The translations under genes were made by a program, and so were the position numbers. Of a stretch of 248,000 nt of DNA, positions 138,115 to 152,645 are shown piece after piece (position 1 is the stretch's first letter; every line of letters starts with the position of its first letter). The stretch is taken from NCBI RefSeq assembly GCF_000400465.1, contig NW_008806280.1, positions 20,001-268,000 of the forward strand. Reading direction: 5' to 3'. This DNA comes from Wallemia ichthyophaga EXF-994 (taxonomy: Eukaryota > Fungi > Basidiomycota). The notes under the pieces were generated by a model. That model did no database searches, had not been told where the DNA came from, and worked only from the letters and a program-made list of their open reading frames with translations.

Positions 138115-139061
138115 ATGGCAGAAGAAGTGAAGGACGCAAAAGCAGCGACTAAATCATCATTGAAATCGTTTCTCTCTGGTGGATTTGGTGGTTCAATGGC
138201 TGTCCTCGTTGGACACCCGTTCGATCTCACCAAAGTGCGATTGCAGACAGCCGAAACGGGCGTCTACAACGGCGCAATTGACGTAGTGAAGCAGTCCATA
138301 GCCAAAGATGGCGCTAGAGGTTTGTACAAGGGCGTTCTTCCACCGCTCGTTGGCGTTACCCCCATTTTCGCACTTAGCTTCTGGTCTTATGATCTCGGCA
138401 AGAAAATTGTCTTTGGTTGCAGATCAGAACAGGCTAATAGGGAGAAGGGCACCTCTCTTTCTACGTCTGAACTCGCTTTCGCCGGCTTCTTTAGTGCTGT
138501 TCCTACAACGCTGATTACATCACCCGTCGAACGCGTCAAAGTGCTCCAGCAGACTGAGTCGAAGAAGGCTGGGATGGGTAGTGTCATCAGTAGAATGTAT
138601 AAAGAGGGTGGATTGAAGAGCGTCTACAGAGGCACGGGCGCTACTTTGGCTAGAGATGGTCCTGGCTCCATTGCTTACTTTGTCAGTTACGAGCAGATCA
138701 AGAAAATGCTTACCCCAGCCGACTCAACCGGTGAACTCAACCTCGGCGCTGTTCTCACTGCAGGTGGTTTGGCTGGCGTTACTATGTGGTCATTCGCTAT
138801 ACCGCCTGATGTTATCAAGTCACGCATCCAATCTGCTCCTGAAGGTGTGTACAAGGGTTTTGTAGATTGCGCTGTGAAGACTGTCAAGGCTGATGGCATG
138901 GGTGCATTGTTTAAGGGTTTCGGACCTGCAATGGCTAGAGCATTCCCAGCCAACGCAGCCACCTTTGTGAGTTGAATAACAGCATTAACGATAAAGCTTC
139001 TCACATATATTCACAGCTCGGCGTCGAAATATCAGCAAAAGCACTCGAAAAAGTGTTGTAG
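138115..139061 (+). CDS. CRC1: Mitochondrial carnitine/acylcarnitine carrier
   Basis: HPFDLTKVRLQ; RDGPGS; RAFPANAATF. Confidence 0.88.
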
Positions 139062-139130
139062 AGGAGGATGACGAGTCTTGTAATTTCAACGCGATTCATG
139101 AATGATAAAGTATGGAAATTGAAAAAACGT

Positions 139131-139932
139131 TTAAAGGTCAGCGTCATCCTCATCTGGGAGTGGAGCAGCAGCTGCTTGTTCTAATTCTTGTTTGTATTGA
139201 GCCATCAGAGAAGGATCGACCGCAGCTTCTGGAGGAGCAAGAGCAGGAGCAGCAACGAACTCGAGACTTTGGTTACCAGCGAGCTTCCTAGCCAACCACA
139301 AGAAAGGCTTTTCAAAGTTGTAGTTTGACTTTGCGGAAATTTCAAAGTACTGGAGGTTCTTCTTCCTGTGGAAGGTGACAGCACCGGTCTTGACCTTGCG
139401 CTCCTTGACATCGACCTTGTTACCGCAGAGGACGATCGGAATGTTCTCACAGACTCTCTCCAAGTCTCTGTGCCAGTTTGGAACGTTCTTGTAGGTAATT
139501 CTAGAGGTAACATCGAACATGATGATACCGCATTGGCCTTGGATGTAATAGCCATCACGCAATCCACCAAACTTCTCTTGACCGGCCGTATCCCAGACGT
139601 TGAAGCAAATTCTACCAAAGTTTGTATCAAAGGAGAGTGGGTGGACCTCTACACCAAGCGTGGCAATGTACTTCTTCTCGAATTCTATGACGCATTATTT
139701 AAACGTGGATTCACCGCCATTACGATATCAAACTCACCACCAGTCATGTGACGTCTAACAAAGGTTGTCTACGCGTCACGTTAGTTGATTGTACGCTGGC
139801 TTGGACCATTTCTCACTTTACCAGTACCACCGTCACCGACTGGATACACGTTAGTTGAGTAGCCCACGCCGCGCACGCTCACTCACCGAGAACGAGCTTG
139901 AATGTTGGAGGTGCTGCTGCTTCTGCTGACAT
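139131..139932 (-). CDS. GSP1: Ran GTPase
   Basis: RDGYYI, GNKVD, C-terminal DEDDADL. Confidence 0.96.
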
Positions 139933-140210
139933 CTGCAATTCCTGTTAATTTCTTCTTTTTTGTGTTTCTGCGTCTCCTCACCTTTACTAGTCGTGGTGAA
140001 AAGCGAGTTTTGAGCGAGTTTTCTGTCTTGGGAAAATATAAAAAAAATTTATAAGTCGTGTGTTTAGGGGTGCTGTGTGTGAGTACACAATTGTAAATCC
140101 CTTCCTCCCTTTTCTGCGTTTAAATCAAGAGAAAACATGCATTGGTTATTATTATCTATCAATGTAAAGTAGGCGAAAGTGTATTGTCCGTTTCATATGA
140201 GAAGAAATCG

Positions 140211-141029
140211 TTACTTGGCTGATTGCTTGCGCCCTGCGACGTGCCCTACCGACACCGGTCTTCCAGCCACCCACGACGCCCTGCCGCCTTCTGAGGGCGA
140301 TTGGAACGCTGATTTGAAGCTCGACTGTCTCGAGTTGACCGACGACGACCGGACTGACGGCGCTTTTGGCGTCGACCCGTGTATCGATGTCGCTGCGCCT
140401 TCCGCAACTGTGACGCACACAAGCGGGAACGCTCCCTCTCTGAAGGACGATCCTAGGATCTGGCCAGCAGCCCATGCATCGTCGTAGATCCGCGTCACTC
140501 TGATTGTCTGGTCAGGCATTATTGTCAGCTCATCTGGGAGCGCTGCGTTGTAAGGATAGAGAACGAATACGTTTGATCTGCAATTCCGTTAATCTGAGCT
140601 CTCGTTTTCAATGTCGCCGCCTCACCCGGGATAAATGAATGTGTCCTGCGATTGGTTGGTGTCTTTGTAGCTGTCCATCAGGTTCGGCTGGCTTTCTTCT
140701 GCGGCTCCCCCGCTAGAAGTCTGTACAGACTGCTGGATCGAGTTCCTGAAGTTGTCGTCGGCGTTTGAGCCCGGCTTCTCCAAACCGTGGTCGTAGTGGT
140801 GGTCGTGATCGTGATCGTGGTCGTTGCTCAGCGGCTGCGGAGGTGGCTGGCCGTAGTTGTTGCCATTCTCCGCGCTGTTGATCTTCTCAATGTTGTTCGA
140901 CCTCGTCTTCTCCACTGCGTTGCTGCGTTTCTTCAGAAGGTACAGCAGCACAAATATAATGGCTATCAAAACTACTCCAACGACTACTCCTACTACGACG
141001 CCTGCAATGGCTCCTCCTGATAATCCCAT
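140211..141029 (-). CDS. Single-pass membrane protein with C-terminal SH3 domain
   Basis: N-terminal TM; second exon YPYNAALPDEL...DDAWAAG...GAFPLVCV. Confidence 0.75.
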
Positions 141030-141709
141030 TCTGCGTTTCGAATATGACGGTTACTTGTTATGATCTGTTTGCGACGGCCTGTGCGTGGTAAGTCTTAACG
141101 AACGAATATTTTTAGTGAGTGGGTGGAGGTGGAACAATTATCGGTGACTTGTACCGCTTTATAGCCGCTTTGATAGTCTATGGTATTGTGGATGCTCTAT
141201 TCTTTCCCATAGTCGTCCTCCTGCACGTCGGCAACGCAGGTCAAATTTTTCTGCACAGACGGCTATTGCGAGAATACATTGTTGGTGCTCCTGAATGAAT
141301 GGCTCTATGCGTCGCTCCTCTTCTCTCTCCTCTACGTCCTCTCATTTCCGCTGAAACTCGCTTCGGGGGCTATTCCCGGCGAACCACACACATTATTCAT
141401 CGGCCAGGGCATTATGTTAGGGTGGTCATTCGCCGCCCTAATTGCCCGCCGTAACCCATGCGCTCGCACGGATCATCAAAGTTGTTTCACCATCCAAGCT
141501 GTCACTCGGCATTGTGGAGGTGCGTTCGATCTACAGCGATAAGGATCGCAGGCTTTGTAGTGCTACGTTTCAGCTCGTGCGTAATCTCATGTACCTCTAC
141601 GATCACTTCTCTCTAATCATGGGAATCAATTTTTTGACATCTTCTAATCACACAATGCGTAACTGATTATACATCTGTTTATGATTCTATACAATACATT
141701 AAATTTGCT

Positions 141710-143340
141710 CTATTTCAATGCACGCGGTTTTTCTAAACGACTCTTAAGCTTTCGAGAGTGGTGGAGTGCCTTCCTGGGCAGTGTCTTAATAGCCTTGACT
141801 AAGCCCAGTGGATCGTGAATATTCGACAGCGAGGCCATGAATGCCATAACTATGCTGATCCCGACAAGCACATCAATGCCGAAATCCTCAACGATGAACG
141901 ACACAGCGAGCGGTCCGACGATGACGCCTGTGGTGGACGTCGCCAACGCGAGCGACACAGTAGTCTCGATAAACGGCGGGTTGATATCACGCGACATATT
142001 GCCCCACATATTGGGCATTGTCGGAGCGAGTGTTGCGCCTATGAATGCGTTGAGAACGCTCACTGGCGCTATACCGCGCACTTTATCAATCGATACGAGG
142101 AAAATGCACGTCAGCCAGAGTAACATTAGGTTCGAGCGCTTGTACCCCACTCTGCAATACAAATGCGAGAAGCATAGCATGCTCACCGTCGCACCGGAGC
142201 GGTACACCGCTAGCTCGAATGCACCAATGGAAAGTATTTTGAAGTGCAGATCCTTTACTTCCTTAACATACGTCGACATCCAATGCGCCCACCTTTTTGA
142301 ATCGATTAGCGCCGCGTCTCCAAGCAGAGCTCTACTCACGTTTCGGTGATGAGCTGACTCAGTGTGAGTGAGAGTATCCTCTTCCATAGCTTCTTGTCTG
142401 CCACCACATCCCTCCACTTCTGCTTTAACGGCAGCACGTCTCCTTTACTCCCTGCAAGGATGAAATTTCTAAAGACAAAGAACTGGACAATACCCAGAAA
142501 TCCAAAATACGCAAGGAATATCCAGAAGAAATGCTTCCATGTTGTGAAATGCTGTATCAGACGTAGCAGAAATGGTGCCGTAGTCTGGCCGACGGAACCA
142601 AAACCGTAGATAACGCCGATCATCGCGCTTTCCCTGCACTGCATCAGCACCGATATAGCCATACTCCTGCCCATTGCAATCCCGATGCCGAGAGTAGCCA
142701 TACCAAAGACGAAGACCTGCATCGGTGGGCCGAGTGCGAGCGAGAAGGCGCCGATGCCAATGATGAATGACGAGAAGAGCGTAGTGACTCTGACGCTAAG
142801 ATATTGCGACATGAGGCAGCCAATTAGAGGACCAAGAACGGATCCTGCGCCGTACAAACGAACTGAGATAATCAGATAATTGCTCTTGATCTTATCGTTG
142901 ATATCGAGCGATGATGTTAGCGTGTCGACAAAGGAGTCACTACACCCAAAGCCTACAAACAGCAGCAAGACGACTCCGTATATTAGCCACTTGTCTACCG
143001 CTTTCATCGATTTGGTGAAGAGTTTGCCGAATATCCATACTCGTCTGATAGCGCCATCGCCTTTGGAATGCTTTGAATTCGCCAAGTCATCGATTCTAGA
143101 TCCACTCTTGATCTAAGACGTAATTCATTGCTTTTACTCGATCTTTTTTATTACATTTTCGATCAAATAGAATACTTGTCGTCGAAGCGGTATTCGTCCG
143201 GCATTCGAGCGCCGTGGAAGTGAGCGTATTGAGGTCGATGTGCAAGGAGAGAAGATCGGATTGTTCGGAGCGGCTTGGAGCACGCGGAACATTGCCAAAT
143301 ATTATTCTCACAAGCACGTTATACCCTGCGGAGTCCACTA
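141710..143340 (-). CDS. MFS transporter (Bsc6/FucP-like)
   Basis: 12-TM pattern; YGFGSVG..TAP; GAFELAV. Confidence 0.75.
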
Positions 143341-143448
143341 TTCATTTGTACCTAAGTATCATTTGACTTAAGGGTGCATTCTCTTGCATGACCACGTGAA
143401 TGTTCTTGGTACTTAAATAGTGGGCTTATTTACCTTTCATCCTCAACA

Positions 143449-146386
143449 ATGAAGCTCAAACTCGCAACAGCCGCGTTTGTCTCAGCCGCGGTGGCACTTA
143501 CTCCACTATCGTCTGAAGACTACACAAGTAAAATTAAAGACTGTCCCGGATATGCGGTCGACAGTGCTCAAACTGAACATACTACAAACGGTCTCAAGGC
143601 GCACCTCCAGCTGGCCGGTGACGCATGCAACGCTTTTGGTGAAGATGTACAGAACCTCACCTTAGAGGCGACATATGAGACTAAAGAGCGTCTACACGTC
143701 AAGATATACGATCAGGTGAGAATGGTTTCTGACACGACGGCGAATACCAATCTAACATCTGAGACAGGAAGAGAAACATTTCCAAGTCCCTGAAGATATC
143801 TTTGAGCGTCCTCAATTTGAGGAAAATGAGGCGCTGAAGAACAGCTCTGATTTGCAGTTCGACTACACAGAAGCACCATTCGCTTTCTGGATCACTAGGA
143901 GATCTAACGGCCAAGTATTGTTCGATACACGCTTATCAGAAATTCCATCCTACAGCGAACCTTTCGACGCAAATGATACATCGGCAAGCGTCTCGGTGAT
144001 GCCTAACCACAATCTTATCTTCGAGCCACAATACATACAACTGTCATCGGCACTCCCTCAACAGGCCAACATTTATGGTCTTGGTGAGGCTGTGACACCA
144101 CACTACCGTCGCAACAGCTCCTACACCCGCCAAACCAACTGGTCAAACGACGAGGGCACACCTAGGAACACCAACATTTATGGAAGTCATCCATTCTACA
144201 TTGAAAATAGAGTGAAAGATGGCAAGTCTTTCAATCACGGTGTATTACTACTCTCTTCGAATGGTCTTGAGACCTGGCTTAGGGATGGAGTATTTCAACA
144301 GAGAATCATTGGCGGTGTTTTAGATTACTACTTCCTTTCAGGTGGTGAAGGTGAAAACAAACCAGCAGACGTTATTCGCAACTACTCTGAAGTTGTAGGC
144401 AAGCCATATCTCCCACCATACTGGACATTAGGATTTCACATGACGCGTTGGGGATACGAGAATGACAGCGACTTTGAATCAATCTTGAACGATATGCGCG
144501 ATGCAGGGATCCCGCAAGAGTCAGCATTCATGGATATTGACTTCATGCTCGCTTACCGTGATTGGACAGTCGATCAAAATCGATTCAGCAGACTGAGAGA
144601 GATTGTCGACAAATTGCACGAGCGTGGTCAGAAATTCGTACCGATCCACGACAACGCTATTCCTATCACGAGAAACGAGTCAGATGCATATGATTTCTAC
144701 ACAAGCGGCCACGAGCAGGATGTCTTTATTAAGAACCAGAATGGCACTGAGTACATTGGACAAGTTTGGCCAGGTGAGTTGCAATTTTTTCGTACAGACA
144801 AAGCTAATGTTGGTTGAGGTTACACTGTTTTCCCTGATCCATATGCCGAAAATGCTACCAAATGGTGGACAGAGTCGTTCCAGAAGTTCCACGATGAAAT
144901 TCCTTTCGACTCTATCTGGCTTGATATGACAGAGCCTGCATCTTTCAACTCTGGGTCTCTCAATGGGATGGGTCCTCTCGCTCAATACCAACCTTCGGAA
145001 GTCACGTCGTGGCCAGAGGGTTATAATAACACTATAAGTGGAAACAGCGGAAATATTACTATCGATGGGGATCTCACATACAAGCAACAATCACAGCAAT
145101 CACCATCGCGTCGCCAGATGCTCAGTAGACGGATGGGAACGCTTGAAACGGTGGATAATGATCTGGAGAAGCTCACGTTCCCACCCTACCAAATCCACCT
145201 TGGAACGCCGGAAGAGTTTTTCACGTTGGGACACGATACGGTATCTGCTAATGCAACGCACGAGAATGGGTTTGACGAGTATGATGTGCACAACCTGAAC
145301 GGTCATATGGTGGCGAAGATGACACGTGATGCACTCGATACTATCTACGGGGGGAACAGATCGATGATTATAGCGAGAAGCAACTTTGTTGGAATGGGTA
145401 CCTTCTCGCAGCACTGGCTTGGAGATAATTACTCAACGTGGATGTCTATGCGCGACTCAATCAAAGGATTGTTCCAGTTCAGTGCTTTCCAGATGCCATT
145501 TGTGGGTGCAGACGCGTGTGGATTCGGCGGCAACACGGACGAAGAGCTGTGCACGAGATGGATGATGCTCGCATCGTTAACGCCGTTCTACAGGAACCAC
145601 AATACACATGGCGCGATACCGCAGGAGCCATATAGATGGGACTCTACAGCGAATGCTACAAAGACTGCAATCAACACGCGCTACCAATTACTACCATATA
145701 TGTACAGCACCTTGTACAAACAGTCAGTCGATGGAACGCCAGTGATGAGACCGCTTTTCTATGAATTCCCAACTCACTCTGAGCTACTCGATTGGGATGA
145801 TCAATTCTTGGTCGGCGATCATCTTCTCGTGTCGCCAGCGCTCTTCCCTAACGTTACACAAGTCGACGCTTACTTCCCGGGAGATGAACCATATTACGAC
145901 TGGTACAGCCACCAGAAAGTGAATGTAACTGATGAGCACTCTTCAGTTACACTCGATGCTGGTTTGACTGATCTCAATGTACACTTGCGCGGAGGCGCTT
146001 TCATGCTGTTGCATAGCGAGCCTGGAATGACCGTCACGGAAACTACAGAGACGCCATTCAACGCATTGGTCACACTGAGCAAGGACAAGAAAGCGGAAGG
146101 ACAGTACTACTTTGACGACGGATTCAGTCAATTCAACGAGACAGTCACATGTGTCATGTTCAATGTGAGTGCAGAGGGAATGCAATCGCGCGTCGAGATG
146201 AACAACTACGATATCGGTCAGCCACTGAACAGGGTGGATATTATAGGCTGGGATGGAGAGCCACCAAAGAGCGTGATGAATGGGGATGCTCAAGTGGAGT
146301 TCAATTACGATGCTGATAGTCAAACACTCTCACTTCACAGCTTGAATCACATGCTGAACGAGTCGATGGACATTACTTTCGATTAA
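143449..146386 (+). CDS. Secreted GH31 alpha-glucosidase
   Basis: Signal peptide; IWLDMTEP; WLGDN; PFYRNHN. Confidence 0.95.
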
Positions 146387-147176
146387 TCTTCTCAATGCGA
146401 TTGATTAGATGATTTGATGACTAACGTGTATAAAAGGATATGAATGCAATGCCTTAACCTGTGATTTGATTAATGACGTGTGCTTGATAGTGTCATTGTG
146501 CGATTATGCGCTGATTGCAGGAGATAGTGCGTTAATGAGATTTCGATGAGGCTGCGCACATATAGAAAGAAAGCCACAGTACGTGTACACATGTCATGCA
146601 TGCCATATCGATGTAATATTACAATTGCTAAAATTTTCATGCGTCCGAATAAGAAACAGAGAGAAGAGCGATGAAATGATAAGACCCAAGAAACAAGAGC
146701 TCATTTAAACGAGATAACTCTCCAAGACAGTTGCAGATTTGCCTAATGGGTGTTAGATGGGTGTTGAAGAAATCAAGGAATCAGAAACTCACGACGTTGC
146801 AAGTGCTCCCTTGGAGTACGCTCAACTGGCTGTGGATTGAGTTGCAATTTGCTTTGTGCGGCTGTGTCGGTTGCGGATGGCCTGCGGTGGGCGATAGGTG
146901 ATTGTGGAGAAGCGGTGGAGAGGGATTGAGCTGCCAATGTCATTTTAGATGAAGAAGAAGTATCAAGGAAGATATGCGCCCCTTAAATCCACCGGCATGC
147001 GTGGCTCGATTTGAGACTAGAAGCGAGGCTAGGCCAGCTGAGATTATGAGGCGGAGACAGGTGATCTAGCGGTAATTAAAACAACTGTGTAAATATGATT
147101 ATTTTACAGGATAATTTATTTAATTATCATTTTGGCGTGCATCGTGCATCTCCACGCTTAGTTCAATACATCCACT

Positions 147177-148759
147177 ATGTCGAGCAGCAGCGGCAATAGC
147201 TCCATCGTCGCTGTACATTACCGAGTTGGCAAGAAAATAGGAGAAGGCAGCTTTGGTGTGATATTTGAGGGTGAGTCGATTGATTGGTTTAGTTGGTTGA
147301 TTCACTGACGTGGTTTCATAGGCACAAACCTCCTTAACTCACAGACTGTGGCTATTAAATTCGTGCGTTTATTAGGAATTTTGAAGCAACCGCTAATAAC
147401 CAATAGGAACCACGTAAATCAGATGCACCACAACTCCGCGATGAATACAGATCCTACAAAATACTCGCAAATTCACCGGGAATCCCTCAAGTCTACTACT
147501 TTGGTCAAGAAGGCTTGCACAATATCCTTGTCATCGACTTACTTGGCCCTTCGCTTGAAGATTTATTCGATATGTGTAGCAGGAAATTTAGCATAAAAAC
147601 GGTCGTAATGACAGCCAAGCAAATGATTTCTAGAGTTCAATCCATTCATGAGCGTAACCTCATCTATCGTGATATTAAACCTGATAATTTTCTCATTGGT
147701 CGTCCGAATACCAAGAATGGCTCCACTGTTCATGTTATTGACTTTGGTATGGCCAAGCAATACAGAGATCCAAAGACTAAGCAGCACATTCCTTATAGAG
147801 AGAGAAAATCCCTTTCTGGCACTGCTAGGTACATGTCCATCAATACTCACTTGGGTAGAGAACAATCTAGACGCGACGACTTGGAATCATTGGGTCATGT
147901 CTTCATGTATTTCCTTCGTGGTGGACTTCCTTGGCAAGGCTTGAAAGCTGCTACCAATAAGCAGAAGTATGAGAAGATTGGTGAAAAGAAGCAACTCACT
148001 CCCATCAAAGAGCTCTGTGAGGGCTACCCGGAGGAGTTTGGCATCTACCTTAACTATGTTAGGAAACTTGGATTCGAAGAAACCCCCGATTATGATTTCT
148101 TGAGAGATTTGTTCACTAAAGTGTTGAAGAACTCTGGTCAAGTTGAAGACGGTGTCTACGATTGGATGTTGATTAATAACGGAAAGGGTTGGGAAGCTGC
148201 TCAATCATCTGCACACCGTGATCATCATCACAGACATCGTGAGAGAGAAAGAGAGAGAGCAGACTATAGAAGATCTCAAGCCGCTGCTGCTGCTGCTGCT
148301 GCTGCAGGTGGAAATGGACAAAGTGGTAACACAGCAGGTGGCGTTTTACCACCATCTCCCGCTTTAGTCAGACATGGATCGAAACGTGGTCGCAATACAG
148401 GGAATTTGAACACGTCGTCACAGATGCTCACACCGGCATCACCCGCTAATGGTCAGCAACCACCGAATTCACGCAGACAGTCACAGCAAAACCAAATGAA
148501 TAATCAACATCCATACGCCTCCACTACAGGTGCTGTTATGTCTCCTTCAGATGCTGGTGACGGAAATGCAGGATCTCCTTCGCCTGGAAGAGAAGGTAAT
148601 CGCGGGAAAGGATATTTTAACAATCAACAAGAAAATCAAGGTATATCAAATCAAAATGTTGATCAAGCTGGTGGAATCAATCAAACTAACTCACAGGACA
148701 AGTCTAAGAAAGGTTCAAGTAATAAATTAATGGACATACTAACTTGCCGTTGTATATGA
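147177..148759 (+). CDS. Casein kinase I (Yck/Cki type)
   Basis: KIGEGSFG; [12 protein letters not shown]; C-terminal CRC. Confidence 0.93.
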
Positions 148760-148992
148760 GGTGATAGAAAAGAAGAGAACAAGATACCAAAGTCGATATA
148801 GTAAAATTCAAAGATTGAAAAATTTCACTTAGGCTCCCTTTCCACTAATCATCACTTTCATACCCCGTGAAGCTTAAATAGCAAAGCTGAGATGGCACAG
148901 CTGAATTGGCACATGAATCAATAAGAAGAATAACTGAATAAAACACTCATTTCGCTTAATATTTACACTCTTTTAATACATTGTTTAGTTTA

Positions 148993-149766
148993 CTATGAAG
149001 ATGGTTTTTCAAATTGCTCCCATTTTGATGCGGGGAATATGTGTTTGTTGTTGTGATACCAGGTGCGTTGTACAACCTTAGCGGGTGAGTCAGCGTCTGT
149101 AAAATTAAACAGCTCGCCTTGTTTTGAACGTGTTTGATTTACTTGAAAGTCGTAGAAAGAGTAATGCGGGGGTAAAATGAGGTCGTTCTTTATAAGCATA
149201 AGGTTATCCACATGATTTGACCTTAGTTGAGTGAAATTCTGTCTAGATTTGTCTAAAAATCGAGTGAAAGTGTCGCCTTTGTTGCAAGTAAGGGATGAAG
149301 GATGACTAGTACCATCAAAGAAAGCGAAATGAATTGTCAACTCCTCAGATTTAATCTGTTCCTGCTTTTCAAGGAACTCAATACGAAGAATTTCACGCTG
149401 AGAAGTCTCACTGATGTCTCTATCCCTATCAGGTAAGAAGGAAGTGTCTACCTGAGGATTTTTAGACAATTTCTTGATATTTAGATTGCCATGGCGTATA
149501 TCATCGCCATGATGAATATCATCACCATCCTCAACATCACCATCGGCGAAGGACAACTTGGATGAGGATTTTTTAGTTTTAGATTTCTTTTTGGGGCGTG
149601 CAGCATGTGAGGAAGTACCAGCAGCGTCTCTCGCAGCCTGCTCTTCAATTTGCTTACGTTTGAGTTTGAAGTCATCGAGGTGAACCAAACCTATGGTATT
149701 CTTCTTTAAGGATTCCTCAACGGATTCCTTATTTTCCGCCCTTTTTGTTGAAAATTCCTTTGACAT
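148993..149766 (-). CDS. XAP5: XAP5/FAM50 protein
   Basis: TIGLVHLDDFK; NPQVDTSFLPDRDR; HIFPASKW. Confidence 0.9.
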   Translation of the reverse strand: MSKEFSTKRAENKESVEESLKKNTIGLVHLDDFKLKRKQIEEQAARDAAGTSSHAARPKKKSKTKKSSSKLSFADGDVEDGDDIHHGDDIRHGNLNIKKLSKNPQVDTSFLPDRDRDISETSQREILRIEFLEKQEQIKSEELTIHFAFFDGTSHPSSLTCNKGDTFTRFLDKSRQNFTQLRSNHVDNLMLIKNDLILPPHYSFYDFQVNQTRSKQGELFNFTDADSPAKVVQRTWYHNNKHIFPASKWEQFEKPSS

Positions 149767-149828
149767 TTACGTGTGTTCTCTCTTCGCAGTGAATGCTCAA
149801 GCGCACAGCGAGGAATTTGTGGCATAAA

Positions 149829-152170
149829 ATGGAAACAACGAATACGTGGAATATACCAATGAAGGCGACTCAAGAGCCCGTGCTACACGTCTATAATTCA
149901 CTCAGTCGATCCAAAGTGGGTGGTGTGGTGTACAACCACTAAATACTCAAGTTACACAGGTCCCTTTCATTCCTACGCACGGTAGATCCGTCACTTGGTA
150001 TAACTGCGGTCCGACCGTTTACGATTCTTCCCATATGGGCCACGCTCGCAACTACCTCACTCAGGACATCATACGCAGAATCCTACGCGACTATTTCAGC
150101 TACGACGTTAAATTTGTCATGAACATTACAGACGTCGATGATAAGATCATCTTGAAAGCCAGGCACAGCTATTTGTTCAACAAGTACAAGCAAGACAATG
150201 GCGTGGCTAACGATACCGTCAAACGCGATTTAGTTGCTTCATTTGAGGCATTCGTTGAGAAAGTGAAACCATCATTTAGTTCTATACCACCAAATTCATC
150301 CTCCCCCCAAGAATACGCGGCGGCTGTTATCGATCACTCTCACTCTCTCCTTCCTTCTTGGCTTGAACACGAACCTAAGGCGGGAATGTACGTGCAAACT
150401 CTCAAGGACTCCCTCGAAGCACTCCAGACACTCTCACTCGACAAGGCTTACGATATTCTCTCTCCATACCTCGACAAGCACCACGGAGAGAGTGTAACCG
150501 ATCCTGCTATTTTCAGATCCTTAGCTGCTTACTGGGAGGCTGCTTTCTTCAAAGACATGGCCGCACTTAATGTCGAAAAACCTGATACACTCACCCGAGT
150601 GAGCGAGTATGTGCCTGAAATCATCCACTTTGTCGAGAAGATTATCAGTAATGGATACGCATATGCCGTTGAAGATGGGAGTGTGTATTTCGATACGAAA
150701 GCATTCGACCATTCTAAGTCGCGCAAAGGGTTTGAGCACGTGTACGCCAAATTACAGCCATGGTCGAAAGGTAGCAAGGAGTTGATCGACGAGGGTGAAG
150801 GGAGTCTAAGTAGTGGGGGAACGGGAAAGAAGGGCAATTCAGATTTCGCGCTATGGAAGGCGTCTAAACCGGGTGAGCCATCGTGGCAGTCTCCTTGGGG
150901 CGCAGGCAGACCAGGATGGCACATCGAGTGCAGTGTTATGGCGTCCGAAGTTCTCGGTCATAACATAGACATACATTCAGGCGGTGTAGATCTGAAATTT
151001 CCTCACCATGACAACGAAATTGCCCAGAGCGAGGCGTGTCATGACTGTCCAGCGTGGATTAACTACTTCCTTCACACAGGCCACCTTCACATCGAAGGGC
151101 AGAAGATGTCCAAATCTTTGAAAAACTTCATCACCATCGACGACGCTCTCGCTAGGTACTCACCCAGACAGCTGCGCCTAGCGTTTATGCTGCAGCTGTG
151201 GAACACGCCGATGGACTTCAAGGAGAGTGCGATGGCGGAAGTGCGCAACTACGAGAGCATGCTGAGCAACTACTTCAGCAATATCCGCGCACTGCTGCGC
151301 GACAGGCGCGATAGAGAGGTAGGAGAAACTGAGAGAGAGTTGGAGTGGGACGGCAGACACCACTACGATGCGCGCGAAAAGGAGCTGGATGGGAAGCTGA
151401 CGGCGGCGAAAGAAGGAGTGCGCGTAGCGCTTTGCGACAGCTTCAATACGCCTTCCGCACTGCAGGTCATGGGCAGTCTGGTGAGTGACGCTAATGTTTA
151501 CATGGCGCAACAGCGCGCGGCGAACACGGTCATGAATGTAGATGTACTAGAGAATATAGCCAAGTACGTCACGCGTATGCTGTCGATATATGGCGTCATA
151601 CCCACATCGCAGCTGCTCGAGATCGGCTGGGCTGATGCGCAGGGCGAGCAGAACAGGAGCAGAGAGGAGGACGTCATGCCTTACGTTAAGGCCCTGTCCT
151701 CTTTCAGAGACAGCGTCCGTCAGATCAGCATCGAAAATAAGGATGATGGCCTCGCGCAGATTCTTAGACTCTGCGATCGCATGCGCGATGAGGACTGCGT
151801 CGATCTCGGCATCGCACTTGATGACCAAAACAGCGGTAAGGCACTCGCTAAGCTGGTCAACCCCGATGAGCTACGCGCGGCAAGGTCCGAGAAAGAACGC
151901 CAAATAACCGCTAAAGCTGAGAGATCGAGGTTGGTAAAAGAACAGGCTGAGCTGAAGCGCGTCGAGAAACTCAAGAAGAGCAGCATCAACCCGGCGGAAA
152001 TGTTCAAGGGGCTGCAGGAGTATTCGAAGCTCGATCAAGATGGGATACCTACCCACGACAGCCACGGTGAAGAGTTATCTAAGAAACGCCGCAAGAATGT
152101 CATCAAAGAATACGAAATACAGGCTAAGGCGTATAGAGAATACTTAGACGCTGGTAGTCCTTCCGTCTGA
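149829..152170 (+). CDS. Cysteinyl-tRNA synthetase
   Basis: CGPTVYD..HMGH; GRPGWHIECS; KMSKS. Confidence 0.95.
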
Positions 152171-152272
152171 AGATGAGTGAAGAAGTTTTAAGAAGATATT
152201 CATAATGCATGTATATTATAGTTGCTGTGACTCCTCTTATGCTCCGCGTGCTCTCAGTCCACCACCACCAAA

Positions 152273-152623
152273 ATGGCGTCACTGAGAAATAATTTAGGCG
152301 TGCTGAATAAAATATTACGGGTTGATAATATAACAGTGCAAGAACGGATATCACTACTGTCACTCAAAGTTGGTCTTGTGGGCGATAGAGAGAAGATGGA
152401 GATACATGTGGAATTATCACAGCTATACAGCTCACTCAATCAGCTAGAATTGGCTTATGTGGAATTAGATCAGGCAGGCGTGGCTGTACAAAACGACAAA
152501 GCGAAAGTAATACAGATACTTGGTATGAAAGTTGATATCGAGCATAGGAGACAGAGGTTGAACAGGGCACAGCAGCTGCTCAACCAGATCGAGAAGCTGG
152601 AGAAGCTGGAGAAGTTGGAGTAG
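152273..152623 (+). CDS. Small hypothetical protein
   Basis: 116-codon ATG ORF with amphipathic helices. Confidence 0.45.
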   Translation: MASLRNNLGVLNKILRVDNITVQERISLLSLKVGLVGDREKMEIHVELSQLYSSLNQLELAYVELDQAGVAVQNDKAKVIQILGMKVDIEHRRQRLNRAQQLLNQIEKLEKLEKLE

Positions 152624-152645
152624 CTCGAGTAGCTGTAAACTCCAA

